Notes: generated by a model from the letters alone, not told the origin. A stretch of DNA of 64,000 bases from the human T2T-CHM13v2.0 reference genome, Homo sapiens (GCF_009914755.1 NC_060927.1), one strand, 5' to 3'; numbered from the stretch's first letter, positions 14,783-31,047 are shown. Translations and numbers: made by a program.

Positions 14783-15505
14783 ATTGGTGATGCTAGGTAC
14801 TTTTATTCCGTGTCAGGCCAGACAAAGAGCTCTTAGAGAGAGAAGCCAGTTGCCACTCATGGAACCCTGAGATGTTTCAGACCCACGAAAGGAGAGGTCC
14901 TTGGCTCTCTGAGAAGGATTTTAGGGAAGCTGGAAGAAATGACTTTCCTCAAATCCCAGCTGGAGGACAGCAAATGTGAATGTCAGGGCCAGTAGCCATG
15001 CACTGAGGGCTCTTGGAAACTGTTGGTCACAACACCATCTATTGGTAAGCTCTGTCGGTGGTAAGATTGTGGCCAGAGGACTCTGATGTGCCCGTCTTGC
15101 ATCTCCTACAAAACCCAGCATGGCACACAACAAGCATAGGGGGCTGGGGGAGGGGGAAGTCGGTGCTGCTCTGTGTCCTGTCTCCCAATTGTGCTGTGAA
15201 AAACCAAGCTGGACTGAACCACCATGGGAACTGGGGGATAGTTCCCAGCAGCCACCACAGAAGTATACCCCAGTTCTGCCTATCTGAGTTGAGGGAAGAG
15301 GATTTCACCAAAAGCCAGAAAAAAACACTTCTTGGGATTGAGTTTGCAGAAAAGGAGGTACTTGAAATCACTGAAAATCTGTGGCCTTCAAGAAGACTGT
15401 GGACTTAAAAGCAGACAGTCCTCATGCAGCAGGAGTGGCTACACTACAAATTGGCACCCCAAAATACAAATATCTATTTGATGACTTAGATAAGGAATGG
15501 GCAGG

Positions 15506-15806
15506 AGCTGGGAGTGGTGACTTACCCCTGTAATCCCATCACTTTGGGAGGCTGAGGTGGGAGGATTGCTTGAGGCCAGGAGTTCAAGACCAGCCTGGGC
15601 AACAAAATGAGATCCCATCTCTACAGTAACAAAATTTTTTAAAACTAGCTGGGCACAGTGGTGTATGCCAGTAATCCCAGCTACTCAGGAGGCTGTGGCA
15701 GGAAAATCACTGGAGCTGGAGTTAGAAGCTGCAGTGAACTGTGATCATGCCACTGCACTCCATCCTGGGCAACAAAGTGAAACTCCATCCATCTCTAAAA
15801 ATAAAA
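15506..15806 (+). mobile_element. AluJ element
   Basis: Diverged dimeric Alu. TSD-like gaatgggcagga on both sides. Confidence 0.9.
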
Positions 15807-16246
15807 TATTTTTAAAAAAATATTTAAAGAGTGTAAGAATGGGCAGGAAGATTACCAGGAGGAAAAGGCTTGAAAGAAACTCAAAAGCTAAAGGCAACAA
15901 TGCAAGGAGATAAAACAGCCCGAGATGACACCTGTGGGGCTCCTAAAGGAGCTGGAAGGAGTAACAACGAGCCAGGACCTAATGCCTAACTTCTCATCAG
16001 AAACAGCTGTGTAAAGTATTTTCTTGTGCTTAACGAGGAAACTGGGGAAGAGAGACCTGAAGCAGAGGAGCTGGATGAAATGCCTGGAGGGAGAAATGTA
16101 AGTTTGCAATGATTCTCCCAGAGAGTTTAATTTTGACCTAGAACCCAGAAAAGTATCACTCTTTAGCAGAGAAGTAAGCCTTAAAGTGTTTACAGAAAGG
16201 CAAAAAGCAGATACCTATAATACTTTAGTTAATAATCATAATTATC

Positions 16247-16410
16247 ACTGGGTACAGTGGCTTGCACCTGTAATCCTAGAAATGCAGGAGGCTGAGACAG
16301 AAGGATCATCACTTGAACCCAGAAATTCAAAGCCACGGTGATCATGCCACTGCACTCCAGCGTGGGCAACAGAGCAAGATCTCACCTCAAAATATATACA
16401 TAAATAAATA
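16247..16410 (+). mobile_element. Monomeric Alu (FAM/FRAM-like)
   Basis: Single Alu monomer ending ...gcaacagagcaagatctcacctcaaaa. Confidence 0.75.
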
Positions 16411-17431
16411 ATTATAATAATCATTGCCAGTTATTAAATTCTTCCTAAGTGCAATCTCTGTTCTTGCAAAATCTCACTTAACTTTTCATTCGTCTGACAA
16501 AAATGTATCATCATGTCTCTTTGGAACTTACAGCTATAGAAGAATGTAATTCAATGCAACAAGTTGTATTGTATAAACTACAGATAGATTAATGAGGTAA
16601 ATGGTGGTGGTAGCAGGACTGTATACTTGTATATTACCAGCTCTGTATAACTGATACCTCAAGATTCAATCTCATTGTATTCTACACAGTCAATACAGCA
16701 TGCAGTACTCTGAGGACAGTGCCAGAAATAAAAATAACTACTATTTATTGAGCTGCATATTGGCTCTTCAGCTTAATCTTTACAAAAATCAGGAAAATAT
16801 GTATTAGCTTTAGGTTTAAAAAGTTGAAAACTGAGGCTGGGGGTGAGGGAAGGACATGCCCAAGGCCTCGTGGATAGAAGATGGCAGAAACAGGAAGTGA
16901 ACACAAGGCAAAGCTTCTAAGTCTGCATCCTTTTCCCCTGCCCAGACCCTGTTTCTAAAGGCAGGAATGGGCTGCCTTTAGAATTGAAGAGCTTGGTCTA
17001 GGCTTGAGCACAATAAGCGCAGAGGGTATATGGGGGTTGACCCATTTGTAACAATATAATCAATGATGTGAAATTAGGAGTATGAATTAAGTTTAAAGCA
17101 TGGATGACCTGCATCCCATTCACACATGCCTTCCCTGGAAACAGTAGAAGGGATGAGCAAAGGGCCAAAAATGAGCAGAGTGGAGAGGGGGCAAAGATAT
17201 GGCAAACTCATGTCCCTGGCTCCATCATGTCCCTGGCTTGACATCACAGTCAAGTAATGCTTTTTCTAAAGTGTTTGCAAACATTTGGGCTAAATTTGGT
17301 AAAGTGGTAAGCCTTACAGTTAGAGGGAAGTGAGCTGGAATCAAGGGCACAATTTGGCCACCTACATATCTGGACCTCACTTTCCCCATTTGTGAAATGC
17401 CTCACAGTAAGACATTTATATGAAAGTGCTG

Positions 17432-17805
<374 letters not shown>

Positions 17806-18767
17806 TCACTCGGGGCTCTCAGTTAGGACATTTGTTCTTCTAGCCTTTTTTTCCTCCAAACTCAAAAACATTTTATGAATTCAAATATCCAAAGTAAAGA
17901 TCACTTAAGGTTCTGTGTTCTCCCTTCCCATCCCCATCCTACCCGTGTTCTGAGCACCTCACTATATCCCAGCCCCTTTGCAGGCACTGAGGGTCTTGAT
18001 TTTTTTTTATATGACTATCTACATTTTCCCCTTTCTGCTTCAGTGTGTAAAAACAACAGCCACTGGAGAGTTACAGAGTTTCCTATCAACCTATAAATCA
18101 TATTTACAGACACAGGAATGAAGTTTTAAACCAAACCACATTTAACCAGAGAACAGTTTCACAAAACCTTCACAAAATCTAAATCAAAAATCCATAAGGG
18201 AAAAAAATGAGACTTCTCATAAGTATCATTTTTAAAGGAGCTTGTCTGTTTATTTCTCGCTATTGGCTGAATGGTTTCACTGGTTGCGAAACCAGTTTGT
18301 CTTTCCCCATTTTCTGGTAGAGGAAACCAGCCCTAGAAGGTGAAGTGATTATAAGTTAGTTATAAAGTTGGGGAGTCTATTGGTTTTCAGTCAAGCTGCT
18401 TTCCCTCTCTTCAAAAGAGAAAAATATTTCAGCATCAGCATGCCTCTTCAAATATGTAGACAAACATCTAAATGTTTACACGTTATTGTACATATGAAGA
18501 AGACACCACAGGGAGCTGAGAATGGGCCTACACAGCTCAAGAGAACCTGCAACTTAGGTAAATGAGGCTGCTTGCCCTGATTTCTCAATGAGAAAAGCTA
18601 GGAACCAGAATGCCTGCTCAGCTTGTGGCTGTAGTGGTCCCCATTTAGATGGCAGAGGCAGCTACCACAAAGCATCATGCCCTAGGATGGCCTAGTCAGT
18701 GGTGCAGCATCATTTCATGGTGGGGAGACACATCATCAGAGTTGTAGTTGCATCTCACCTTAGAGGA

Positions 18768-19430
<663 letters not shown>

Positions 19431-22400
19431 GAGGTGAAGAGGAAGGTCAATGAGGATAGAAACCCACCTATGCTGCCTCTCCCATCAGCTAGCTCCCTGC
19501 TCATTGAGGGTCTTCTGTCCATTTTTCCTGATCTTCTCCACTACTTAGATGCTGCTAGATTCAGGCCTTTCTTTTCTTCTTTTCAAATTTTCTTCCCCTC
19601 TTGCCCATAGCAATTCACACACCTGGCTGTTTCAAATCCTCAACCATATTTTATCATTATGTGAGAGGATTCACATTTGTATACAGTTAGTACAAGTCAA
19701 AGCTTTGTGGAGTTGCCAAGGGATACGTTGTTTTTAGGGAAGGAGAGGAAACTGATATTTATTGAGCCTGGCTTAGGTTTATGCCAAGTAGCATCTGATC
19801 CTCACAGATCTATGCAAGAGATATCTTTGACTACCTCCAGAATTGAGGACTTGTTTTCACTGAGCTTAAATGACTTACCTAATAACACTCACCTGGTATC
19901 ACATTGTTCTGTAGAATTTTACAAGGTACAAACGACCTCTGTGTCGATTCCCTGGAATCTCCAGAGAATCTAGCCTCTCCCATATTATTCTCAAGAGCAT
20001 TTCCTCTGGGGTCTGGCCTCAGACTACCATCTTCTGAGCTCCCCGACTTTGGGCTCCTCCATTAGCCCTCTTATCTCCAGTCTAGGACCAAGCTATGCCT
20101 GAAGGTATGGCTCCTCCCATCCGCCTACTCCACCAGGGCCCCAGTCCAGGCCTTTGGCTGCTGGTGAACTGCTGTCCCATCATCCTCACTCCCACTTCCA
20201 CTTAGTGATGCCAGCTCCTGAGAACCCTCTTTCAGTCCAACTCTCCACTCTGAGTACCTCTGCTGAGCCCTTCTTGAAAGCTGTTGTCTCACATTATTCC
20301 TTGAAATTTTGCTTTGAATAATTAAATGAAAATCTCTGGGGATGAGAACAAACATTAGTATTTCTTTAAAAGCTCCCCCAGAAGATGCTCAGGTGCAGCC
20401 TGTGTTGAAAAAAAACCACACCTAAGGGCACCTCACCTGTCAGTTCACAGCTACTTGGGGAATTAAGGTATTTTGCAACAGGAAGGGAACACTGAGTTCC
20501 TATTTTTCTGTTTGCTTCTTTCAGCCCTGAATCCTGCCCACCCTTCAGGTCTGATAACACTTCATTGTTCATTGGGAAGAATGCTGTAGTCACACCTTTG
20601 GTGCAGGGAATCAGGCTTTAGAGCCTGTTGACTCACCTGTTATCAGCTGATAAGCCTCTTGATCAGAATATCAAGTAAGAGACAGAATGGCTAAAAGAGA
20701 AACCTACCTGCTACTTGCTTTGTGGCAGTTTTCTCTGTTTACTTATCGATAGAGAAGATTAGGATCCCAGAGGGTAGGACCATGCAGGTGCAGGGGAAGG
20801 TGAGTTTACCACCATGAATCTCCGTGGTCATTACTAGACATAGGGGGTTTCTGGCAATGAGCAGTGGAGCCAATTTCCTCCCACTTACTGGCACCTGCTC
20901 CCATGACAGTTGCCAGTGGGACCAAGACTGTTGATCGTTGTTTGTAGAATTCTCTTCCCAGCAAAGAAGCAAAGTTAAAATCAGAAGTTTCTTTAGGAGA
21001 AGAGAATCAGAATCAAGTATATGGAGATCAATGGGATAGAACTAGAATAGGTGGACACTGTCATTCATACTTCAGACAGATATCTGGTGAGAAGGCTGCT
21101 AGGGCCTCTGCTCCTCAGATATTGCAGGAGGCACTTTAACAAGTTCTACATTATCTAACTCTCCTTTTTCAAAATTTCTCATTGATTGCCGATTCTTCTG
21201 GCATGAAAAATTGCTTTATGATACATACACACCTTAGAGTGAATATGCTGGCAGCTCCACTGATGTTAGCTGTTGTAGGAGAGGGAAATCTTCCCAAGGT
21301 GACTGGAGAGAGTTCTCTCCCAGGACTGCTGGAGGAGATGGGAATGCTGTCATCTTGAGAGTTACATTTATAAATAATCTACCAGGCCAGCTTATTCCCT
21401 AAGAAGATTTGGAGAATGTTTTCTTCCACATTCTTAGCATCCATTTCGGAGGATGATAGTTTATGGTTGAGTCTCCAAATTTGGAGGATACATTCTGTAA
21501 GAGTATACAGATCCTTGTACCTTGATGGAAGCCAGGACTTTACCTGTTTTTCCAGAATAAGGTGCCTCAAAACAATGTGCTGTGATGGAAAAGTAATGAT
21601 TTTGAGGCAATTTTGGATTTGACTCCCAGCTCTGCCTCCTTTCCCTTGGTGTGTGTCCTTAGGCAAGTTACCTCACGTGAGTCTCCATTTCTTCAACCAT
21701 AAAATGGGTGATAATTTTATTACTTACATTGTAGGGGTTTTTTCCCCATGGATTACATTTTTGAATGTCTGAAAATTCCTTACTAGCTTTCACTAAAAAG
21801 TAGCAACTGCCTATGAAAACTAGGGCTGGACAGAACTCTGTTTTGTTTACAGTTTCCTCTGAGCCCTTTGCCTACAGCCCTATAGGCAGATTCCCTCAGT
21901 ATCTCCTTCAAAGAGAAAAAAAAAAAGTGTTAAGCATTTCTCCTGTTTTTTTTCCATTCCCAAATTTTAATTTTGCCTGGATGTTATTAACTGGTCTCAC
22001 TGAGGGTAGGAATGACACCTCCTTTGAATGTACCCCACAAGCCCCTTCTAGTTAAAACTTGGCAAGGTCTCCATCTGCATTTCTAGCTGGCTTCTGACTT
22101 GCTCCCTTGGGTCTAGGTAACAGGAGGAGCCTCATTAGGGTTTTGTTTCTCCTTTTTAAAAAATTCCTTCCTGGAAAACTACCCACCAGGATGCTAAAGG
22201 TGGCTATCTCCAAGAGTTGGAATAACAGGTTATTGTTTTTCATTTCCTGTTTATGGTTTTCTATACATCCTGAAATTTTTATATTGAACAGTTATTGCTT
22301 ATATAACTAGGGAAAAAAAATCAGCAATTTCCCAAAAAAGAAAAATTATGCCCTTTACCTCTTCTCTGACACCACACTGTGGAATGCGATGTCTTTGCAG

Positions 22401-24317
22401 CCATAAGACTTGGCATGAGAGGTCCCCTCACATCTGCAAGGGGCTTCAGCAGCACTCTGGTAATGGCTTCGAACCTGGAGGGGTGGAAACTCTCCAAAAA
22501 CAATAAGACTTTAAAGGTTAGCATGTCTAGACACTGATGAAACCATCTTCCATAAGTTAGAACCACTTGATTTCAAGTAACAGAACCCCAACCTGAATTA
22601 GTTCAAACAGGTAGGGATTTAAAAATAATAATAATAACAATGGTGCTGGGATAGCACCTGAAACCTAAGGAAGGAATGTATGTGGACCATAGGAAAAGCT
22701 GGAGTCAGGAGCTCAAACACTGTCAGGGCTCTCTACCTCACTGTTGGGTTTCATCTGCTTGCCATTATACAGCAGCTCACCACCTGAAGGAAACCACGGA
22801 CTCCCAAGGACAGCATCTTACACTTTCAGCCCCTGGAGAGAGACTGGCCTGATGCTCTCTGTGTCCAGCACAAACATTCTGTATAAGGGTCTCATCTGCC
22901 CAGTTTGACTCAGATGCCCATGCTGGATTAATTTGCCATGGTCAAGGGCACCAGGTGTAAAGTCTGGGCCTGAGAGATCAAGGTCAATATTACTACTCAA
23001 AGTAGGGCCTGTGTACCAAGCTGGCCCACAAACTATGTGTTACCCACCTGAAGAGTTCTGGTACCGAAATCAAGAATAAATATTTCTAAACATTTATAAC
23101 AATTTGACATGCCTGTGACACTCAAGCAGGTGATTTTGTATTTTGTCAGGATGTCAATTTGTGACAGATTAGAAATTTAAATTTTTAAGTAGTTTGAAAA
23201 GCACTGATGTAAGACACAGCAACTCCTTCAGAAATCACGGACTTAAGAGGAAAAAAGGGGATATACTGGAGGGATAAAACAATTGGTGTCTAGCACATAA
23301 GCATCTCCACACAGTTTTGCAGTTCAGCTCCACCAGACCAACCACACTAGGGGCCTTGCCTTCTGGAACACATGAAGGACTAATTTGTCTTCCTTGTTAA
23401 ATTAATTATACTTGTAATAGACATGCTTAGTGACTGTCATTCGCCACTTTGGCATAAGCTCCATGACAACAGAGACCATGTCTGACCTGTTGTTAACTAC
23501 TGTCATCCCATGGCCAGTCAGGAGGGCTCAGTAAACAATTGTTGCTATGAGTCACTGCAATTTAAGGATGCACTAGAAACAACTTTGGATATATCTGGAG
23601 GTGAAGGCACTGCAGAAGAGTCCCTGTAGGGCCTATAGCTATGACTGATTCCTAGAAAGGAAACTGCTGATAAACTGTAGTCTAGATGAAAGGCCTAATA
23701 TTGTTATATTGTTTTATATACATCTGAAACCTACAGCTCACCATAATCTTAGTAGTTCCTTCTGGAAAGGGACAAAATTGAGTATCCTTGGTATATCACT
23801 TAGCAACCTTGACTTCATCATATGCAATAAATGAATTCCGGGTTTCCTAAAGTGGACACAACTATGTGAAACTTTTAGCGCATATGGAAACACAAGAGAA
23901 GAAAAATATTTAGGTTAGAAGTCACAGCTATAAGCTCTATCAGTAATTTGAACTCTTACCTTAGGCAAACTATTTTCCCCTTTCCAACCCCCAGATTATC
24001 AAGCTTTAAAAATGAGGAAGCTGAAATAGATACAATCCAAGGGCCCCCCCAAGTTCCAACCATCCATAATTCTCTGATTCTGAAGACATCTGAGTGCATG
24101 TCCTTCATCAGTCAGAGAATTGTAAGCAATGTATTTTGTATTTCCCACAATTCCACATCCTTTGACAATGGCAAGGTTCACAGTTTATGGACTTTGCTGT
24201 CTCTCAGAGGTTTGGTGCAGGTTAGTTGTGGTTGCTTTGTTTTATTAAACCACAGCCTAATCAAGTGTGCTGAGTTGGTCTTATTTGTCTGCTTGTGTCT
24301 TGCCCCTTGTCCCACAG

Positions 24318-24482
24318 CCATGCTGCAGGCAGTGCGAGCCCTGATGATCGTAGGCATCGTCCTGGGTGCCATTGGCCTCCTGGTATCCATCTTTGCCCTG
24401 AAATGCATCCGCATTGGCAGCATGGAGGACTCTGCCAAAGCCAACATGACACTGACCTCCGGGATCATGTTCATTGTCTCAG
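24318..24482 (+). CDS. CLDN18: Claudin-18 exon 2
   Basis: Acceptor cccacAG, donor GTAAAC. 165 nt encoding (A)MLQAVRALMIVGIVLGAIGLLVSIFALKCIRIGSMEDSAKANMTLTSGIMFIVS, in frame with exon 1. Confidence 0.98.
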
Positions 24483-24688
24483 GTAAACACAGAGCCTGGA
24501 GTTCCCACTTCTGCGAATGTCAAAGCAAAATTATTCTGGTAGAGAAAACATGACTCCTCCCTACTGCTGAATGTGGTTCAGAACTTTTCATACTGAGATT
24601 CATGATCTGAGTGTGGAGGTCCAATTGTGTATCATGAGTACTAAGGTCCTTCTTAGCTGCCACTCCAACCCCAATATAAGAGGTTCTT

Positions 24689-24840
24689 AGCTGGGTGCAG
24701 TGGTTCACATCTATAATGTCAGCACTTTGAGAGTCCAAGACAGGAGGATCACTTGAGTCCGGGAGTTCAAGACCAGCCTAGGCAGCATTGTGACACCCTA
24801 TGTCGATTAAAAGAAAATTTTTTTATTAAAAAAAAAAAAC
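24689..24840 (+). mobile_element. FLAM/Alu left monomer in intron 2
   Basis: Single diverged left-arm monomer with A-rich tail. Confidence 0.8.
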
Positions 24841-25266
24841 TTAGTTAGCTTTTGAATCTTAACTTAAGCTGAAAAAAAAGAGGTTCTCAACCCTAAAAGA
24901 GTCATGTGACTTGATCCCTAAAAGGCATTTTCTTGGCGAGGCTTTAGAAAACGATTTTAAGGGAAGATACTTTGACATTACCAAAGAACCAGACTGAAAA
25001 TATTTGGAATATTGAGCCTTGGTCCCAAGATGCATGAAAAATTTCTTTCTGTACACACACATATCCTTCCACAATTAGCGATATAAAACATTCTAAGCAC
25101 CTATCACAATATTTAGCACATAGCAAGAATTCAATAATCAATGCTTGGTTATAGGGATACAATATTCTGCAGCCTACTCATCTAAACTCATCTAGGCATA
25201 AACTGCCTCAGAAACATTGTAATCCCTTGAAACTAACTCTGGAGTTTTCTTTTTCTTTGCCCACAG

Positions 25267-25384
25267 GTCTTTGTGCAATTGCTGGAGTGTCTGTGTTTGC
25301 CAACATGCTGGTGACTAACTTCTGGATGTCCACAGCTAACATGTACACCGGCATGGGTGGGATGGTGCAGACTGTTCAGACCAG
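25267..25384 (+). CDS. CLDN18: Claudin-18 exon 3
   Basis: Polypyrimidine tract plus ccacAG, donor GTAACC. 118 nt encoding (G)LCAIAGVSVFANMLVTNFWMSTANMYTGMGGMVQTVQT(R). Absent from the ORF track; translated manually. Confidence 0.97.
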
Positions 25385-26991
25385 GTAACCTCCTAATCTA
25401 GGTCTCGGCATTCACCATGATGAATATTGTTATAAGAATCTGATTAAACACATGCACCTAATGTGACTGTCAGTGCCTGAAATAGCAAAAATTATCAGAG
25501 ACAACCATGCCATATCATAAATCAACAATCACCTGTAAATTCATAAACTTCATTTCAGTGAAATATCCTTGGTGATATGACTTGAGGCTGATCTGACATT
25601 TGCATTGAAATACAGTGACAGTTCATAGTATTTATCTAACACTCTTACATAAGCCCCATTGTGGTGGCAATGAAACAGGCACTATTAACCCAGGCAAGTA
25701 AATGAACATCAACTTACATCTACAGTCCATAACTGGAACCTGGCTAGGAACAGGGAAACGTTTGAATAGAAATTAGCAAGGTGAAGTATGGGTGAGAAAA
25801 GTGATGTTCCTTCCTGGTATAGCTGCCTCTTTCTCTCATTCATTAATTCATTTATTCTACAAATGTATTGATCACCTGCTGTAAGCCAAGACATGTTCAG
25901 AGTGCTGGAGATACAAAGTCCCCACTCTCACAGGGGGTACAGTCTGGCAGAGGGAGATGAAACCCCACTACGATTTGGTGTCTGAAGGAGAGTAGAACTT
26001 TTAAAAGATGGAAAAGCAATACCAACGCCCATATTCATTTAGTCACTTTAAAGGGATAGATCTCATAGCAAGAAGCTGGAGCAAATTCCTGAAAAAGAAA
26101 GATCTTGTTCTTGAGAAGAAATATAAATATTAGACCTCAGTGACCTGTCATCTCTGGATCATGCACTTGGCATTTTTCCAGCCACACCAACATGGGGTAC
26201 AGACGGAGAGGGAGGGTGTGATAAATCCATTACCCTCTGGCTCCCTGGAACTCCAATCCCCATTCATTTTTCTGCTTTATTTCAAGAATGTAAAGGAAAT
26301 GATCCCCAAAAACTTCCCTGATCCTACTCATGGTCTCTTAGTTACAGGTGCAACTTAGAAGTAGGTTGACCAACTCATTCCAGTCTGCCTGGGACTTTCC
26401 CAGTTTTAGCATTATGGGTTCCACATTCTGGGAAACCCCTCTATCATGGGCAAACAAGAATGATTGCTCACCCTACTTAGAAAAGCCCACCTTTCCCAGA
26501 GTATTTGGGTGCCTGGGGTCATTGCCCTTGCCCAGAGGAGCCATCTACCAGCCACTTTGCAGTTAGCACTAATGCCTGCCATCACTCTCTCACATCATCT
26601 CCCTAGCACCAGCTCCTGTCCCACAGGCAGGCAGCTTCAGTCCTGGAATTAAGACTATAGAATTCTGAAAGGCCTCCTGAACTTCTCCCTCCATGGATGG
26701 GCAGCTGTCTTTCCCTTTCTTTTGTCTTCTCATTTTCTCCACCCAGAAGTCTTACAAGACAGCCCAGCTGCCAAGAAAGACCTTGGCAGTAACCTTGATG
26801 GAGCTTTGGTTCCAGTGCCCCACTTGGTCCTGGGACCCCCCTCCTTCTCCTGTTCCCCGACTCTGTTATTGCCGTGTTGTATGTAACAGTGGCAGAGCCT
26901 AAGCCCCTGACTAGAGCTGCAAACTGCCTGCCCTCACACTGTACACAGTCTGCAAGGTGTTTTGTATAAAACATTTCATTTTATAATCTGA

Positions 26992-27740
<749 letters not shown>

Positions 27741-28710
27741 AGGAGACTTCACCCCACACACACATACACATACTCTGCTTTTCCAGCTTTGTGTAAAAAA
27801 TCAGAAGATCTGGCAGCATTACACTGGGCCCTCATTCTCATATGACCTCCATCTCTGCAGCTGAGAGGCAGCTGCCCTTTTGGCTAGGACTCACTCTGTC
27901 CAGTTTACCACAATCCCCACTATGCCCAAATAGCCCAACTCATGCTTATAGGGATTTTTCCCATATATTACAGTTGAAAAAATGAAATATGTTCTTCTAT
28001 CTAGCTCACTTCACATTTAAGTTTCTTGCCTGTCCCAGGTAAGTATTTAGGTTTGCTAACCTTGACCCAGAGTGTCTAAGTTGAGGAAAAGGACTTTGTC
28101 CCTCATGCTCAGAAGATGCATTAACAATGAGAGTTTTGAAGGCAAAGTGACCTGAATTTGAATCCTGATGATATCGTGTCCTTCCTGGGTCATTGGAGAA
28201 GTTACTTAACCTTGCTGAGCCTCAATCTCTTCATCTGTAAAATGCAAGTGACAAATACTATCACAGTGGCTATTGGGAGAATTAAACAAGATAGTGGTAA
28301 AAAAGTGCTTATCACAATATCAGTAAGGGCTTAATAAATGGTAGCAATTGTTGTTATCATCATTAGCATTAAGCAATCACTCAACCATCCATAGGGGTAT
28401 CAAGGACAGGGGCTCTGTCTGTGTCAGGGCCCATGGACCAGAGCTGTCAGCAGGAAATCACCTAGGGACCCCCTAGGAGAAGCCCCAGGAAAAGATCCGC
28501 TGTTCAGCTCCCAGCCACACTGGGTAGGATGAGGGGGCAGGGCTCTTCATGCCAAGGCAGAAGCCCTTAAACCAAATTTCTGTCTTTTTCCCAGTCCAAG
28601 GAAATAAAAATAGCCTACAGGTAAATGTTCTCCCAGAACTTTTTCAAGGACTGAGCTCAGTCAACTATACTTGATCATGAAGCTTACATTGTTTACTTTA
28701 ATCCTGCTAA

Positions 28711-29049
<339 letters not shown>

Positions 29050-29344
29050 TAAAGTATTGTATTTTCTTAGGTTGCAGAGGTTTGCACACATATTACTTGT
29101 CTTCCTATTGTTGGTATAACGTTCTTAGCTTGTGTCGTAGACTTTAAACATATTAGTAATTCACAGAGTTCTACAAACAGTCCCCATGCTCTTTGAGGAA
29201 CACAAAGGGAAACTTCCAAGAGAAGGCACTCCTTTTCCATGCTGAGCTCTCCTTTTCTGCAGAACTCATGGAGCCGGAAATCAAGTTATCAGCTGGCATT
29301 AAAATACGCACTGACATCCTAATAGTTTTTGGTCACTTGAAGAA

Positions 29345-29416
29345 GGATACTGCTCTCCACCATCCAAAAATATCCATTTGGGATCACAATTATTTTTTTC
29401 TCAGGAGATTTTGTTC
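29345..29416 (+). repeat. 72-bp direct repeat, copy 1 (intron 3)
   Basis: 67/72 ungapped identity to 31328-31399 by manual alignment. Confidence 0.9.
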
Positions 29417-29817
29417 CCAATCCTGATCTGATGTAATTGAGTCCCATTGGAGGCAGCCCCCCTAGGCAAAGGGCACCAGCTTTGGAGTCAGACCACCCCA
29501 AGTTAGAATTCTCTTGTGAGCTGGAACAGAAGCACCACGAGCACAGGGTCTCTGTCTACCTTGTTCGCCCTGTGTCCCAGTACCAGGGCAGGGCTCTGCA
29601 CATAGTAGGAGCTCAATAAAGACTTGTTGAACAAATAAGTAAAGACATCAATAAAAGAATGAATAGTCACTTCAACTTAGTTCCTTCTGAAGGTAATAGC
29701 TCTACCTGCATGGAGGGTTGTAAGGATTATTTGAGATAAGTTAAGATGACTACTCGTTGGCCCATACTGAGAACTCAAAGAACTAAAATTCCTTCAGAAA
29801 TAATAACTTGAGATTGA

Positions 29818-30098
<281 letters not shown>

Positions 30099-30456
30099 GA
30101 GATTGATTTTATATCTTTCAAATTTCTCTTGCCAAACCTTCAAGACACTTTCTTTTGCCAGTAGAGAGGGGAGGGAGATTTCTTGAGATGTGTCACAGAG
30201 ATAAGATTTATAATTTTATGGTTGAGTGATGCTAGAATCCCCCTGCTGTTTTGCCCCCTAACTTTAGTCCCAATTCTACTCTCCAGGGTACCTGATCAGT
30301 TGGCTGTGACCCACAGGAATGTGTGTTCAGGGGCATGGTCAGGGATGGATGTGGAATCCAAAAGTGGGGACAGAAAGAACAGGCACAGCCAGGTGCAGTG
30401 GGTGGAGCCTGGAGAGTTGAGTCAACCATATTGACAGCCACCATCTCCCTACCCAG

Positions 30457-30567
30457 GTACACATTTGGTGCGGCTCTGTTCGTGGGCTGGGTCGCTGGAG
30501 GCCTCACACTAATTGGGGGTGTGATGATGTGCATCGCCTGCCGGGGCCTGGCACCAGAAGAAACCAA
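30457..30567 (+). CDS. CLDN18: Claudin-18 exon 4 (TM4)
   Basis: Acceptor acccAG, donor GTGAGT. 111 nt, phase 2-2, encoding YTFGAALFVGWVAGGLTLIGGVMMCIACRGLAPEET(N). Confidence 0.98.
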
Positions 30568-30825
30568 GTGAGTCTCCCTGTTCCGCTGCAACCAGACGTT
30601 TTATTTGTTCAGGGTCTATTTTAATGTATAACTTGCAGCCAAAAAAAAAATCAGTCTAGGTATATGGATGAACTTTATTTGACTTAAGGATTATCGAAGC
30701 TTCTCTTTTAGGGGGAACCTAAAGAACAGAATGGGAATATTTCAGCCTAGACTGATTTAAATGTGATCCTATTTGAAAGAAAAATCCATCCTTCTTTGTT
30801 CCTTCTGAGATTGTTTTGTAACTCC

Positions 30826-31047
30826 ATGGTTCTCAACTAGGAGCAATTTCCCCCCCAGGGGATATCTGGCAACACGTGAAGACATTTTTAACTGTTACAA
30901 TTTTGGGAGGGTGGGGGAAAGTGATACTGGCCTCTGGCGGGTAGAGGCCAGGGATGCTGCTGAACACCCTACAGTGCACAGAACTGTGCCACAGCAAAGA
31001 AGCATCTGTTCCAAAACGTCAACAGTGCTGCTGCTGAGAAACTCTGC
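30826..31047. mobile_element. MER20-like DNA transposon in intron 4
   Basis: catggttctcaac...ggtagaggccagggatgctgctgaacaccctacagtgcacag...gagaaactctg; opposite orientation to the copy at 3725. Confidence 0.75.

Noticed and set aside
23948-24317. N-terminal 123 aa of the 201-aa ORF 23948-24553
   Set aside because: Intronic open frame upstream of the exon 2 acceptor with a TTG start; only 24318-24482 is claudin sequence.
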